A DNA stretch of 64,000 bases. It comes from Gemmatimonadales bacterium. GTDB taxonomy: Bacteria > Gemmatimonadota > Gemmatimonadetes > Gemmatimonadales > GWC2-71-9. Shown one piece after another: positions 1 through 9,206 of the stretch (within the stretch, counting starts at the first letter, position 1; every line of letters starts with the position of its first letter). The notes under the pieces were generated by a model, which did no database searches, was not told where the DNA came from, and worked only from the letters and a program-made list of their open reading frames with translations. Made by a program: the position numbers and the translations under genes. Location of the stretch: the NCBI GenBank assembly GCA_040877595.1, contig JBBDNM010000026.1:78732-142731 (forward strand), given 5' to 3'.

Positions 1-1
1 A

Positions 2-910
2 GCCACGTTCACCAACGCTCCCGCCGCCCGCAGCTACATCGACGCCCATGCCGAGCCGCTGGTGGTCAAGGCATCTGGCTTGGCCGCCGGTAAGGGCGCC
101 GTGGTATGCGCCACGCGCGCGGAGGCCCGATCGGCGGCGGACGCGATGTTCGACGGCCGGTTTGGCGACGCTGGGCGCGAAGTCGTGATCGAGAGTTTCC
201 TTGAGGGCGAGGAACTGTCGGTCTTCGCGCTCACCGATGGCGAACAGATCCAATTGCTCCCACCCGCCCAGGATCACAAGCGACTGGGTGAGGGTGATAC
301 CGGTCCCAATACCGGCGGCATGGGTGCGTACACGCCGGTCTCACTCGCCACCCCAGCGTTGCTCGACCGGGCGGTGGCCCAGGTCATCCGGCCCACGCTG
401 GCCGCCATGGCGGATCGTGGTGCCCGGTACCGGGGTGTGCTGTATGCCGGACTGATGGTGGCACCGGATGGCCGGCCCAGCGTGATCGAGTTCAACTGCC
501 GGTTTGGCGATCCCGAAGCCCAAGTGGTGCTGCCGGTCGCCGATCTCGACTTGGCGGCAACCTTGGTGGCCATTGCCCGGGACGACTGGCGGCCTACGAG
601 CCCGGTGGTACGCGCGCGCCGTGCGGCCGTTACCACGATTCTGGCGGCGCCGGGATACCCGGAGACGCCCGAGAAGGGCGTGGCAATCACCCTGCCTGCG
701 ACGCTCCCGGCTGAGTCGGTGCTCTTCCACGCAGGCACCCGAGTGGAGGGCGGTCGGCTGGTGACGGCGGGCGGCCGCGTGCTGTGCGCCACGGGTTTTG
801 GCGTCGATGTCCCAACCGCCGCCCAAGCCAGCCGGGCACTGGCCGAGCTGGTCACTTTCGACGGGGCGCAGTGGCGCCGCGATATCGGCTGGCGGGAGCT
901 GGCCCGATGA
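2..910 (+). CDS. purD: phosphoribosylamine--glycine ligase (PurD), 5' end cut by window edge
   Basis: Frame is open from the window start. ATP-grasp/PurD motifs VVKASGLAAGKGV, HKRLGEGDTGPNTGGMGAY, EFNCRFGDPE. Stop TGA at 908-910. Confidence 0.92.
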   Translation, partial: ATFTNAPAARSYIDAHAEPLVVKASGLAAGKGAVVCATRAEARSAADAMFDGRFGDAGREVVIESFLEGEELSVFALTDGEQIQLLPPAQDHKRLGEGDTGPNTGGMGAYTPVSLATPALLDRAVAQVIRPTLAAMADRGARYRGVLYAGLMVAPDGRPSVIEFNCRFGDPEAQVVLPVADLDLAATLVAIARDDWRPTSPVVRARRAAVTTILAAPGYPETPEKGVAITLPATLPAESVLFHAGTRVEGGRLVTAGGRVLCATGFGVDVPTAAQASRALAELVTFDGAQWRRDIGWRELAR

Positions 911-912
911 GA

Positions 913-938
913 TAGGTTAACCTAAATTCATATTTAGG
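913..938. promoter_or_regulatory. AT-rich palindromic element between purD and the next gene (terminator or operator candidate)
   Basis: Perfect 12-bp palindrome TAGGTTAACCTA (913-924) overlaps the hairpin CCTAAAT-tcat-ATTTAGG (921-938). It is a conspicuously AT-rich patch in GC-rich DNA. Confidence 0.3.
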
Positions 939-962
939 CTCCCCGAACTCATTGGACTCGTC

Positions 963-2087
963 ATGCTCTCCGCGTTCTCAGCCTTCATCCTGTTCACCGC
1001 GCCACCCGCGTCGGAAGCGATCCCCTATTTCGCGCGGCGCTATGGGGTCACGTGCAACGCCTGCCATGCCCTCCCACCCAAATTGAACGCGTTCGGCGAG
1101 AACTTCCGCCGCAATGGCTACTCGGCACCCACGCTCCGCGCGCGGGGAACCGTCCCGATGGCGCTCTGGGTGAGCGGCCGGTATGACGCCCTGCCGGACG
1201 CGCCGAACCAGCTCGACGCCACGCGATCCTATGTGAATCGAATCGAAGCGGTCTCCGGCGGTCGGCTGGTGGCGCCGTGGTTGTCGTATTTCGTCGAATG
1301 GCGACCGCTCAGCCTGGAAACGCGAGGCGACGGCTCGCTGCGGGACCGCTCCGGCCGGTTCGAGGACCTGTTCCTCACGGCGACCACGGGTGGTTTCGGG
1401 CTCACGGCGGGCCAGTTTCGTCAGGTAGACCAGGTGGATGTTTCGTTGCGCCTGGGCCTGAGCGAGCCGCTGGCGCTGGCGGCGTCCCTTCCGGGAGAGG
1501 CCGACGCCGACCCGCGGATCACCTCGTTGCGATCGTTTTCGCCCGCGGGGCGTTCACCGGCCGTGCGCGCGGCGTGGACGCGGCCAATCGGAAGGTGGGC
1601 CTGGACCTCTTCGGTCGCGGTGCCTTTCACCGGGGAATTCTCGCTGCCGCTCACCGACCAGGCCCGCATCGAAGCGAGCAACGAGTTCGCGCTGGATCCC
1701 AAGGGGGTCGTGCTGGAATCGTTCGTGCGGCGCGGCTCCACGTCGTGGGGGGCACACGGCTTTTACGATCATGCCGGCCGGTATCTGGTGAACGGCGTCG
1801 CGACGGGACACCGGGCGGGGTTCTACTGGACGGCGATCGCTGGCTTCGAGCGACGGGACGCCTCAACACACGTCCGGTGGTCGGCCGAGGGCGAGTATAT
1901 GGTCTCGCCCCTGTTCGCCATGGGGACACGTGTCGAGAACCGGGGCGGTGACGGCGCACCACCCGCGGCCCTGCCCTACATCGTGGCACACTTCCCCGGC
2001 ACCCACTATACACTTCGGTTCACGATTGAGCGGCGGACGCAAGGTGACCGGAGCGCCACGTTCGTGGAGGTGGGAACGGTCTTCTAA
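963..2087 (+). CDS. hypothetical secreted/outer-membrane beta-barrel-like protein with an N-terminal CxxCH heme-c motif
   Basis: ATG at 963. Hydrophobic N-terminus MLSAFSAFILFTAPPASEA. A single CNACH at aa 31-35 within RRYGVTCNACHALPPKLNAFG. The remainder is Gly/aromatic-rich and ends ...FVEVGTVF; a C-terminal Phe is typical of an OMP beta-signal. Confidence 0.6.
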   Translation: MLSAFSAFILFTAPPASEAIPYFARRYGVTCNACHALPPKLNAFGENFRRNGYSAPTLRARGTVPMALWVSGRYDALPDAPNQLDATRSYVNRIEAVSGGRLVAPWLSYFVEWRPLSLETRGDGSLRDRSGRFEDLFLTATTGGFGLTAGQFRQVDQVDVSLRLGLSEPLALAASLPGEADADPRITSLRSFSPAGRSPAVRAAWTRPIGRWAWTSSVAVPFTGEFSLPLTDQARIEASNEFALDPKGVVLESFVRRGSTSWGAHGFYDHAGRYLVNGVATGHRAGFYWTAIAGFERRDASTHVRWSAEGEYMVSPLFAMGTRVENRGGDGAPPAALPYIVAHFPGTHYTLRFTIERRTQGDRSATFVEVGTVF

Positions 2088-2110
2088 CGACATCTGACGG
2101 CGGGAGACCC

Positions 2111-2941
2111 GTGCCGGAGCTGCCTGAGGTCGAGACCATCGTGCGGGATATCGCCCCGCACCTCGAGGGCGTCACGCTCCGCGACCCCCGGCTCTACCGT
2201 CCCGACGTCCTCCGCGACACCACCCGCCGCACGTTCCTGCGGGCCGTGCGCGACCAGCGCGTCGTGTCGGTCACCCGCCGCGCCAAGCACGTCGTCCTGC
2301 AGCTGGCATCCAATCACCGGGTCATCATCCAGCCCCGCATGACGGGAAGCCTGCTCATCCTGCGGGCGGCACCGGCCGGGGACGATCGGCGGTACGCGGT
2401 CTTCGTGGCCAAGGCAGGCCGCGCGTGGTTTCTGGTGCGCGATGTCCGGCGACTCGGCACCATCACGCTCTTGGATGAAGCGGGGTGGATGTCCTATACT
2501 GAACGCATCGGACCGGAACCCCTTGCCGCGACGTTCACCGCCGAACGACTGGCGGAACGGTTGGCAGGCACCCGACAAGCCATCAAGAAGGTGCTGATGG
2601 ATCAGGCGCGCGTCGCCGGGATCGGCAACATCTACGCGAATGAGGCCCTGTGGCGGGCCGGTATTGACCCGTCCCTGCCGGCCGGCCAGCTCGACCGAGC
2701 GGCGGTCGGTCGCCTGCATCGGCACGTCCGGGCCATTCTCCGGGCAGCCGTCCGCTCGCGGGGCACCACCGTGCGGGACTACCGGACCGGCACCGGCCAG
2801 CCAGGACACTATCAGGACGGGCTCAAGGTGTACGACCGCGCCGGCCTGCCCTGCCGCCGGTGCGGCACCGTCCTTGCCACCACCCACGCCATTGACGGCC
2901 GGCAGACGACGTTCTGTTGGCGGTGCCAGGGCGGCGCATGA
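2111..2941 (+). CDS. mutM: formamidopyrimidine-DNA glycosylase (Fpg/MutM)
   Basis: GTG start gives MPELPEVETIVRDI, with the catalytic N-terminal Pro. H2TH region RQAIKKVLMDQARVAGIGNIYANEALW. C-terminal zinc finger CRRCGTVLATTHAIDGRQTTFCWRCQ. Confidence 0.93.
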   Translation: MPELPEVETIVRDIAPHLEGVTLRDPRLYRPDVLRDTTRRTFLRAVRDQRVVSVTRRAKHVVLQLASNHRVIIQPRMTGSLLILRAAPAGDDRRYAVFVAKAGRAWFLVRDVRRLGTITLLDEAGWMSYTERIGPEPLAATFTAERLAERLAGTRQAIKKVLMDQARVAGIGNIYANEALWRAGIDPSLPAGQLDRAAVGRLHRHVRAILRAAVRSRGTTVRDYRTGTGQPGHYQDGLKVYDRAGLPCRRCGTVLATTHAIDGRQTTFCWRCQGGA

Positions 2942-3963
2942 AGATCGCCGTGGTGTTCGACACCCCGCATGCGGGGTGGCGTCACGATGATTTCCAGCGC
3001 GATATGGTGGCCCAGGGGGCCGACCCCGAGGCCGAATACGAGGTCGCCCGCGCGCTGGCGGCGAACGGGCACGAGGTCCAGATGATCGGGGTACGGGAGG
3101 ACCTGCGGGTGCTGCTGGACGCCCTGGATGCGTTCAAGCCCGACCTGGCCTTTAACTGCGCCGAGGGATACCGCGGCGATTGCGGGCTCGATTACGTCCT
3201 GGCGACCGCGCTGGAAGCGGCCCGCGTCCTCTACACGGGCTCCCCGCCTGCGGCCCTCCTGGTGACCCGCGACAAGGCGCTGAGCAAGAAGGTGCTCGCA
3301 TGGCACGATCTCCGGGTGCCGGGCTTTGTGACCTTTCACCCCGGCACGCCGCTCCGCGCCCCTGAAGGGCTGATCTATCCGCTCATCGTGAAGCCGGTGG
3401 CCGAGGATGCGTCGGCGGGCATTGCGCACGCGTCGGTAGTGCGGGACGAGCGCGAACTGGCCGACCGCGTGGCCTTTATTCAAGCGACGTTCGCGCAGCC
3501 GGCCATCGCGGAAGAATTCATCGAGGGGCGCGAACTGTACGTTGGTGTGATCGGCAACGGCGAGACGCTGGAGGTCTTGCCGGTGGTCGAAATGGTGTTT
3601 GACAAGGAGAAGAACCCGCCGGAAGAGCGCATTGCCACGAAGCATGCCAAGTGGCACGACGGCTATCGGGAACGGCGGGGCATCCGGAACCAGTTTGCCC
3701 GGCCCATCGCGCAGAGCGCCCGTGAGGAGATCGAACGGTTGTGCCGGACAGCAGCCCAGGCCCTGCATCTCCGGGACTACGCGCGGTTCGACCTGCGCCT
3801 GACCGACGACCAGGAAGTCTGGCTCATCGAGGCCAACGCCAACCCGTATATCAGTTGGGGCCACGATATGGCCAACGCCGCCGAGAAGCGCGGCCTGGAC
3901 TACGCGGCGTTCATCAATCGCATCGCGCAGGAGGCGTTGAGCCGGCGTGCCGTTGTTGCGTAG
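2938..3963 (+). CDS. ATP-grasp enzyme, D-alanine--D-alanine ligase-like family
   Basis: ATG at 2938 overlaps the mutM stop (ATGA). Begins MKIAVVFD. ATP-grasp core PLIVKPVAEDASAGI, EEFIEGRELYVGVIG, EVWLIEANANP. The ORF-track start at 2917 is probably too early. Confidence 0.8.
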   Translation: MKIAVVFDTPHAGWRHDDFQRDMVAQGADPEAEYEVARALAANGHEVQMIGVREDLRVLLDALDAFKPDLAFNCAEGYRGDCGLDYVLATALEAARVLYTGSPPAALLVTRDKALSKKVLAWHDLRVPGFVTFHPGTPLRAPEGLIYPLIVKPVAEDASAGIAHASVVRDERELADRVAFIQATFAQPAIAEEFIEGRELYVGVIGNGETLEVLPVVEMVFDKEKNPPEERIATKHAKWHDGYRERRGIRNQFARPIAQSAREEIERLCRTAAQALHLRDYARFDLRLTDDQEVWLIEANANPYISWGHDMANAAEKRGLDYAAFINRIAQEALSRRAVVA

Positions 3964-4954
3964 GCGGGGGCTGCGGCTCCGGCCGCATCGCGAATATCGG
4001 TGCGCCTGTGGGGAGAAGCTTCAGCGGTTCTGGCCCTTCTGCTCGGAATGCGGCCGGGCGCAGGTCTGGAAGGACGAAGAACACGTTACCGGCGCCGAGT
4101 GTCACAGCTGCGGCTGGATGCTTTCGGACCTGTCGAGCTACTGCCCCTGGTGCGGTGCCGACGTGTACGAAGAAGGCGTCTCCAGCGAGGACCCCCTCAA
4201 GTCCCCCAAGGGTTTCACGTTCGGCGCCAAGTGCGACGCTGGGTGCGGCGGCGGCGTCATGTACCCGATGCCATTCTGTCCGTGGTGCGGCGATGAACAG
4301 AGTTGGGACGACCCGCAGGTGGGATCCTGTCCGCACTGCGATCGGGGCGTGGATGACTGGATGAAGACCTGCCCCTGGTGCGGCGGGGACGCCACCGGCC
4401 AGAGCCTGATCCCGAAGACCTTGGCCAAGGTGCGGCGGCTGCTCGCCGTATCTGGCATCAAGCACTGGGGCTACCGCATCCTCCTTCGACCCGGTGTCTC
4501 AGGGGTCGATCCGCGCTACCCGAACATCGTCGAGATCGAGCGCGACTACGTGATCGGCCAGCGCAGCCGCGACGAGATCCCGTGGTCCATGCTGGTCGGC
4601 CTGGTCTGCCACGAGTTGGGGCACAGCTTCCTGTTTCATCACTGGCGCTGGACCCGCAAGCCGGAGTTCCTCCGGACGTTCGGTGAAGCGGACAAGGCGT
4701 ACCGGGTGACCGACGACACGTGGGTGGATTTCCAGCGGCGCCGTATTTCGACCACGTATCCCGACCACGTCAGCGCGTATGCCGCGACACACCCGCAGGA
4801 AGATTTTTCGGAGACGTTTCGCTTCTACGTCACGCGCCGTGGTCGCATGCGCGAGATCCTGGCCGAGATCGGCCAGAAGCGCAAAGCGGTGAACGTGTAC
4901 GAGAAGTTCCTCGCGTTGCACCATTACTTGCGACAGCTGCGGGGCTGGCGGTGA
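3947..4954 (+). CDS. four-zinc-ribbon protein fused to an HExxH zinc metallopeptidase-like domain
   Basis: Four CxxC...CxxC units: CACGEKLQRFWPFCSECG, CHSCGWMLSDLSSYCPWCG, CDAGCGGGVMYPMPFCPWCG, CPHCDRGVDDWMKTCPWCG. These are followed by VCHELGHSFLFHHW and HPQEDFSETFRFY. The GTG start overlaps the upstream gene by 17 nt; start uncertain by up to about 3 codons. Confidence 0.75.
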   Translation: MPLLRRRGLRLRPHREYRCACGEKLQRFWPFCSECGRAQVWKDEEHVTGAECHSCGWMLSDLSSYCPWCGADVYEEGVSSEDPLKSPKGFTFGAKCDAGCGGGVMYPMPFCPWCGDEQSWDDPQVGSCPHCDRGVDDWMKTCPWCGGDATGQSLIPKTLAKVRRLLAVSGIKHWGYRILLRPGVSGVDPRYPNIVEIERDYVIGQRSRDEIPWSMLVGLVCHELGHSFLFHHWRWTRKPEFLRTFGEADKAYRVTDDTWVDFQRRRISTTYPDHVSAYAATHPQEDFSETFRFYVTRRGRMREILAEIGQKRKAVNVYEKFLALHHYLRQLRGWR

Positions 4955-6042
4955 GCACGCTGGCCCTCCCGCTCGCGGACCTGAACCGGATGGAGAAGCG
5001 GATGCGCGCGCTGGCGGAGCCGCGTCCGGCCATCTACCGCATGGTGGATCGGAGCGGACGCGTCGTGTACGTCGGGAAGGCTCGGCGGTTGCGACAGCGA
5101 CTGCTGAGTTATTTCCGTGCCAGGCCGCCCGAGAAAGCCGCGCGCATCCTGGAAGCGGCCGCCGACATCCAATGGGACTACGCGCCATCCGAGTTCGCGG
5201 CCTGCCTCGGTGAGCTGCGGCAGATCCGGAAGTTCAGACCATGGTTCAACGTGCACATGAACCGCACCCATCGCGTCGCCTTTGTCCGGATGTCGGTGGG
5301 ACCGGCCCCGCGCCTGTCCGTCGGCCCGGTGGTGGATGCGCCCGAGGTGCGGCACTACGGCCCGTTCCGCTCGGTCGGCCGGCTGCGCGACTCGGTGCGT
5401 GTCCTCAATGACCAGCTCGGCCTCAGGGACTGCGCCGAACGCATGCCAATCGTGTACGCCGAGCAGGGCGACCTCTTCAGTGAGGCCCGCCACGCCGCGT
5501 GCATGCGCCATGCGTTCGGGACGTGCGCCGGACCCTGTGCCGGCCTCGTGACGGAGACTGACTATCACGGGCGGGCCGAGGCGGCCGTGGCGTTCCTGGA
5601 AGGCCGTGCCGCCGCGCCGCTTGACCGCGTGGTCGCCGGAATGCAGCAGGCCAGCGACCGGGATGCGTTCGAGCAGGCGACCCGCTGGCGCGACCGGTTC
5701 GATGCGCTCGAATGGCTGTTCGGCGCCGCCAACCGCATTCGGACGACCATTGCCGCGATGACCTTCGTGTACGTGGACCCGGGCAGTCACGGCGACGACC
5801 ACGCGTACATCATCGTACAGGCTGCGGTGAAAGCGTCGGCACCCGCCCCACGCACACCGATCGAGCATGCAGCGTTTCTCGCGCTCGTGCATGAACATGC
5901 GACCATCGCCCCCAACGCCGGGCCGCTGCCGACCGACGGCATTGATGAGATGTTGCTGTTGTTGTCCTGGTTCCGCCGCCATCCCGCCGCCATGCGCAAG
6001 AGCCTTGCGCTCGACGCCTGGATTGCCCGGCACGGCCACTAG
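4951..6042 (+). CDS. UvrC N-terminal-half homolog (GIY-YIG nuclease plus Cys-rich/UVR-like region; Cho-like)
   Basis: GTG at 4951 overlaps the upstream stop (GTGA). GIY-YIG region PAIYRMVDRSGRVVYVGKARRLRQRLLSYF ... ELRQIRKFRPWFNV. Cys cluster and UVR-like helix CMRHAFGTCAGPCAG ... FEQATRWRDRFDALEWL. No C-terminal EndoV/HhH half. The upstream part of the track ORF (from 4720) overlaps the previous gene. Confidence 0.8.
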   Translation: MSTLALPLADLNRMEKRMRALAEPRPAIYRMVDRSGRVVYVGKARRLRQRLLSYFRARPPEKAARILEAAADIQWDYAPSEFAACLGELRQIRKFRPWFNVHMNRTHRVAFVRMSVGPAPRLSVGPVVDAPEVRHYGPFRSVGRLRDSVRVLNDQLGLRDCAERMPIVYAEQGDLFSEARHAACMRHAFGTCAGPCAGLVTETDYHGRAEAAVAFLEGRAAAPLDRVVAGMQQASDRDAFEQATRWRDRFDALEWLFGAANRIRTTIAAMTFVYVDPGSHGDDHAYIIVQAAVKASAPAPRTPIEHAAFLALVHEHATIAPNAGPLPTDGIDEMLLLLSWFRRHPAAMRKSLALDAWIARHGH

Positions 6043-6044
6043 TC

Positions 6045-7016
6045 ATGCTCACCGCCATCATCCAACTCGGCATTGGGCTGGGCATCCTGTCGTTCGGCGG
6101 GCACTATCTCGTCGAAGGTGCGGTGCGCATCGCGCTCATGGCGCGCCTGAGTCCCGGCGTCATCGGACTCACCATTGTCGCGATGGGCACCAGCATGCCG
6201 GAGCTCGCGGTGAGCCTGGGGGCGGCGGCGCGGGGCGCATCCGACGTGGCGTACGGCAATATCACCGGATCCAACATCTTCAACATTGCGTTTATCCTGG
6301 GGCTCACGGCGCTCCTCAAGCCCATCGCGACGTCGCGCCAGACCGTGCGCCTCGAGTACCCGTTCATGGTCATCGCGATGGGCATGCAGCTCTTGCTGGC
6401 GCGGGATGGTGTGATTGACCGCGTGGAGGGCATCTTTTTCTTCGGGTCAATGCTGGCCTTTGTATGGTACCTCGTGCGACTGTCCCGCGTCACAGGTGAA
6501 GAACCACAGGGTACCGAAACGGATCAGGCCGCCCGCGAACTGGCACGGGTCACACCGACGTCGAAGTTGTGGGCCGTCAATATCGGCCGCGTGGCACTCG
6601 GCATCGTCGGGCTTGCCGGCGGGGCCGAACTGATGGTGCGGGGTGCCATCACCATCGCTGATGTCTGGGGGATCAGCGAGCGCGTGATTGGACTCACGAT
6701 CGTGGCGGTCGGCACGAGCCTTCCTGAACTCGCCACGTCCATCGTGGCCGCCCGTAAGGGCGAGAGCGACATCGCGCTCGGCAATCTGGTTGGGTCCAAC
6801 ATCTTCAATACCCTGGCCATCCTCGGGGTCACGGCGTCACTCATTGACGTGCCGGTGCATCCGGCCGCCATCCAGGTGGATAACTGGATGATGCTTGGCG
6901 TGTGCGCGATCCTGTTTCCCATCATGCGGACGCGGTTCAAGATCGGGCGGTTTGAGGGCGGGTTGTTGTTGGTGGCGTATGGGGTGTATGTGGGGTGGCT
7001 GTTGATGGCGGGATAA
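6045..7016 (+). CDS. Ca2+/Na+ (CaCA, YrbG-type) antiporter
   Basis: Two alpha-repeats, GTSMPELAVSL...GNITGSNIFNIAFILG and GTSLPELATSI...GNLVGSNIFNTLAILG. Polytopic membrane protein. Confidence 0.9.
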   Translation: MLTAIIQLGIGLGILSFGGHYLVEGAVRIALMARLSPGVIGLTIVAMGTSMPELAVSLGAAARGASDVAYGNITGSNIFNIAFILGLTALLKPIATSRQTVRLEYPFMVIAMGMQLLLARDGVIDRVEGIFFFGSMLAFVWYLVRLSRVTGEEPQGTETDQAARELARVTPTSKLWAVNIGRVALGIVGLAGGAELMVRGAITIADVWGISERVIGLTIVAVGTSLPELATSIVAARKGESDIALGNLVGSNIFNTLAILGVTASLIDVPVHPAAIQVDNWMMLGVCAILFPIMRTRFKIGRFEGGLLLVAYGVYVGWLLMAG

Positions 7017-7095
7017 GCGGAGCCCCCTCCCAGCGACTGGCGCCGGGCGCGACACGCAGCATCTTTCCCGGCATCCCCGCCTCGGAGTGCTCGCG

Positions 7096-9189
7096 ATGCG
7101 TACGCTGTTCATGCTGTGCCTGGCTGTCTTCACGTTCTCCCCGCTCACAGCCCAGACCCGCGGCCTCCAGCCGCAGGACTACTACCGCATGACCTTTGTC
7201 GGGGACGTGGCATTGTCCCCCACCGGCGATCTGGTGGCATACACGGTCACCACCGTCAACGAAGCCGAGAACGAACGGCACCGCGAGGTGTGGCTCCAGC
7301 GCCTGCGCGACGGCCGGCCCGACGGAGCGCCGTTCCGGTTCACCGACCCCACTGAGGAATCGAGCGGGCCGCGCTGGTCACCGGACGGGACGGTGCTGTC
7401 CTTCACCTCTCGTCGCGGCGAGGACCAGAACAGCACCTGGTTCGCCCGTGTCACGGCACCCGGGGGTGAGGCCTACCACGTTGAGGGCGTCACGGGCGCC
7501 CCCGTGTGGTCCTCTGACGGCGCGTGGATCGCGTACGTGCGGGCACCAGATGATGGAGCCGAAGAGGGCGAGAACCGTCGGGTCGGCTGGATCGCGCCCA
7601 ACGCGATCAGCCGTACCCTGGACGCCCGCCGCTTTGACGGGCGCGTGATCACGTCCATGCGCTACAAGCGTGATGGGACGCGCACGCTGCTCCCCGACTA
7701 CCGCTCGCGCGACAAGCGCCAGCTGTACGTGGTGCCGGCCGCTGGCGGGACCCCGCGCCAGGTCACCGACGGACCGTTCGATGTCGGCTCGATCGCCTGG
7801 ATGCCCAACGGCCGCACGATCGTGTTCGCGGGAAACCCCGAGCAGGATGACGAGCTGAATCAGGAGCAGACGTCGGACCTGTACGCCGTGTCCGTCAGCG
7901 GCGGCACGCCCCAACGTCTCACCACCAACCCGGGCAGCGAGTCCGATCCCGCGATTTCGCCGAACGGTCGCCTGCTGGCATTTGTGCAAACGCAGGACCG
8001 GCTGAGCCAGCCGGAACTGCTGGTCGTGAACCTGACCGCCGACGGCGCCTTTGACGGGACGCCCCGCGTGCTCACCGGGGAGTGGGATCTCATCGCCGAT
8101 CAGCCCGTGTGGATGCCCGACAATCGCACGATCCGGTTCACGACCGGGGTCGGCGGCAACAGCCATGTGTTTGAGGTAGCGGCGACGGGCGGCGCCGTAC
8201 GACAGGTGACCACGGGCGACCGCCGCGTGGGCGGCGTATCCTGGAACGGCAATGGGCGCCTGATGGCCTATACGTCAACCGACGCCCAAACCCCCGGTGA
8301 GGTGTTCGTGGCGCGGGGCGACGGCTCGCGGGAGGTGCGGGTCACCGGCTTCAACGACGCGTGGCTGTCCGAGGTCGCGCTGATGCCCGCCGAGCGGCTT
8401 ACCTGGACCGTGGGCGACGGCACCGAGATCGAGGGATGGGTCATCCGTCCGGTCGGGCATCAGGCGGGACAGCGGTACCCGATGATCCTCAAGATTCACG
8501 GCGGCCCGTACGGCGCGTACGGCAACACGTTCTTTCAGACGTTCCACGTGCTGTCAGCCGCCGGCTTTTACGTGCTGTACGTCAATCCCCGGGGCTCAAC
8601 CGGGTACGGCCGCGACTACCAGTACGCCACGTTGGGGGGTTGGGGGGAAATCGACAGCGAGGACTTCCTTCGTGGGGTGGATGCCGCGCTCGCGCGCTAT
8701 CCAGATATTGACCCCACGCGAGTCGGGGTGTCCGGCGGCAGCTACGGCGGGTTCATGAGCAACTGGCTGACCGCGACGAGCGACCGCTTCGCCGCATCCG
8801 TCACGAGCCGTTCCATCGCCAACTGGGAGACGATGTACGGCACGTCAGACGCCCACTACCTGACGGAGCACGCGTTTGAGGGATCGCCGTGGGAGGCCCG
8901 CGACACGTTCCGACGGCTGTCACCACTCTCTTACGTGGAGCACGTGACGGCACCGACGCTGATCATTCACAGCGAGAACGACTATCGCACCCCGATCCCC
9001 GAGGGCGAGATGTGGTTCAAGTACCTCATGCGGAACGGTGTGCCGACCGAGCTCGTGCGCTACCCGCGTTCGTCACACGGTTTGTCGCGCACGGGAGAAC
9101 CCTGGCTGCTGGTGGACCGGCTGGAACGGATCCGGAGCTGGTTCGCACACTGGTTGATCGAGGTGCAGGCGGAGCGCGCGACACAGTGA
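7096..9189 (+). CDS. S9 family serine peptidase (prolyl oligopeptidase/acylaminoacyl peptidase type) with an N-terminal beta-propeller
   Basis: Signal peptide MRTLFMLCLAVFTFSPLTAQ after GGAG at 7084-7087. Repeated SPDG/SPNG propeller strands. Nucleophile elbow GVSGGSYGGFM. C-terminal ENDYRTP...SHG. Confidence 0.88.
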   Translation: MRTLFMLCLAVFTFSPLTAQTRGLQPQDYYRMTFVGDVALSPTGDLVAYTVTTVNEAENERHREVWLQRLRDGRPDGAPFRFTDPTEESSGPRWSPDGTVLSFTSRRGEDQNSTWFARVTAPGGEAYHVEGVTGAPVWSSDGAWIAYVRAPDDGAEEGENRRVGWIAPNAISRTLDARRFDGRVITSMRYKRDGTRTLLPDYRSRDKRQLYVVPAAGGTPRQVTDGPFDVGSIAWMPNGRTIVFAGNPEQDDELNQEQTSDLYAVSVSGGTPQRLTTNPGSESDPAISPNGRLLAFVQTQDRLSQPELLVVNLTADGAFDGTPRVLTGEWDLIADQPVWMPDNRTIRFTTGVGGNSHVFEVAATGGAVRQVTTGDRRVGGVSWNGNGRLMAYTSTDAQTPGEVFVARGDGSREVRVTGFNDAWLSEVALMPAERLTWTVGDGTEIEGWVIRPVGHQAGQRYPMILKIHGGPYGAYGNTFFQTFHVLSAAGFYVLYVNPRGSTGYGRDYQYATLGGWGEIDSEDFLRGVDAALARYPDIDPTRVGVSGGSYGGFMSNWLTATSDRFAASVTSRSIANWETMYGTSDAHYLTEHAFEGSPWEARDTFRRLSPLSYVEHVTAPTLIIHSENDYRTPIPEGEMWFKYLMRNGVPTELVRYPRSSHGLSRTGEPWLLVDRLERIRSWFAHWLIEVQAERATQ

Positions 9190-9206
9190 TGGGGTAGGAT
9201 CGGAAC

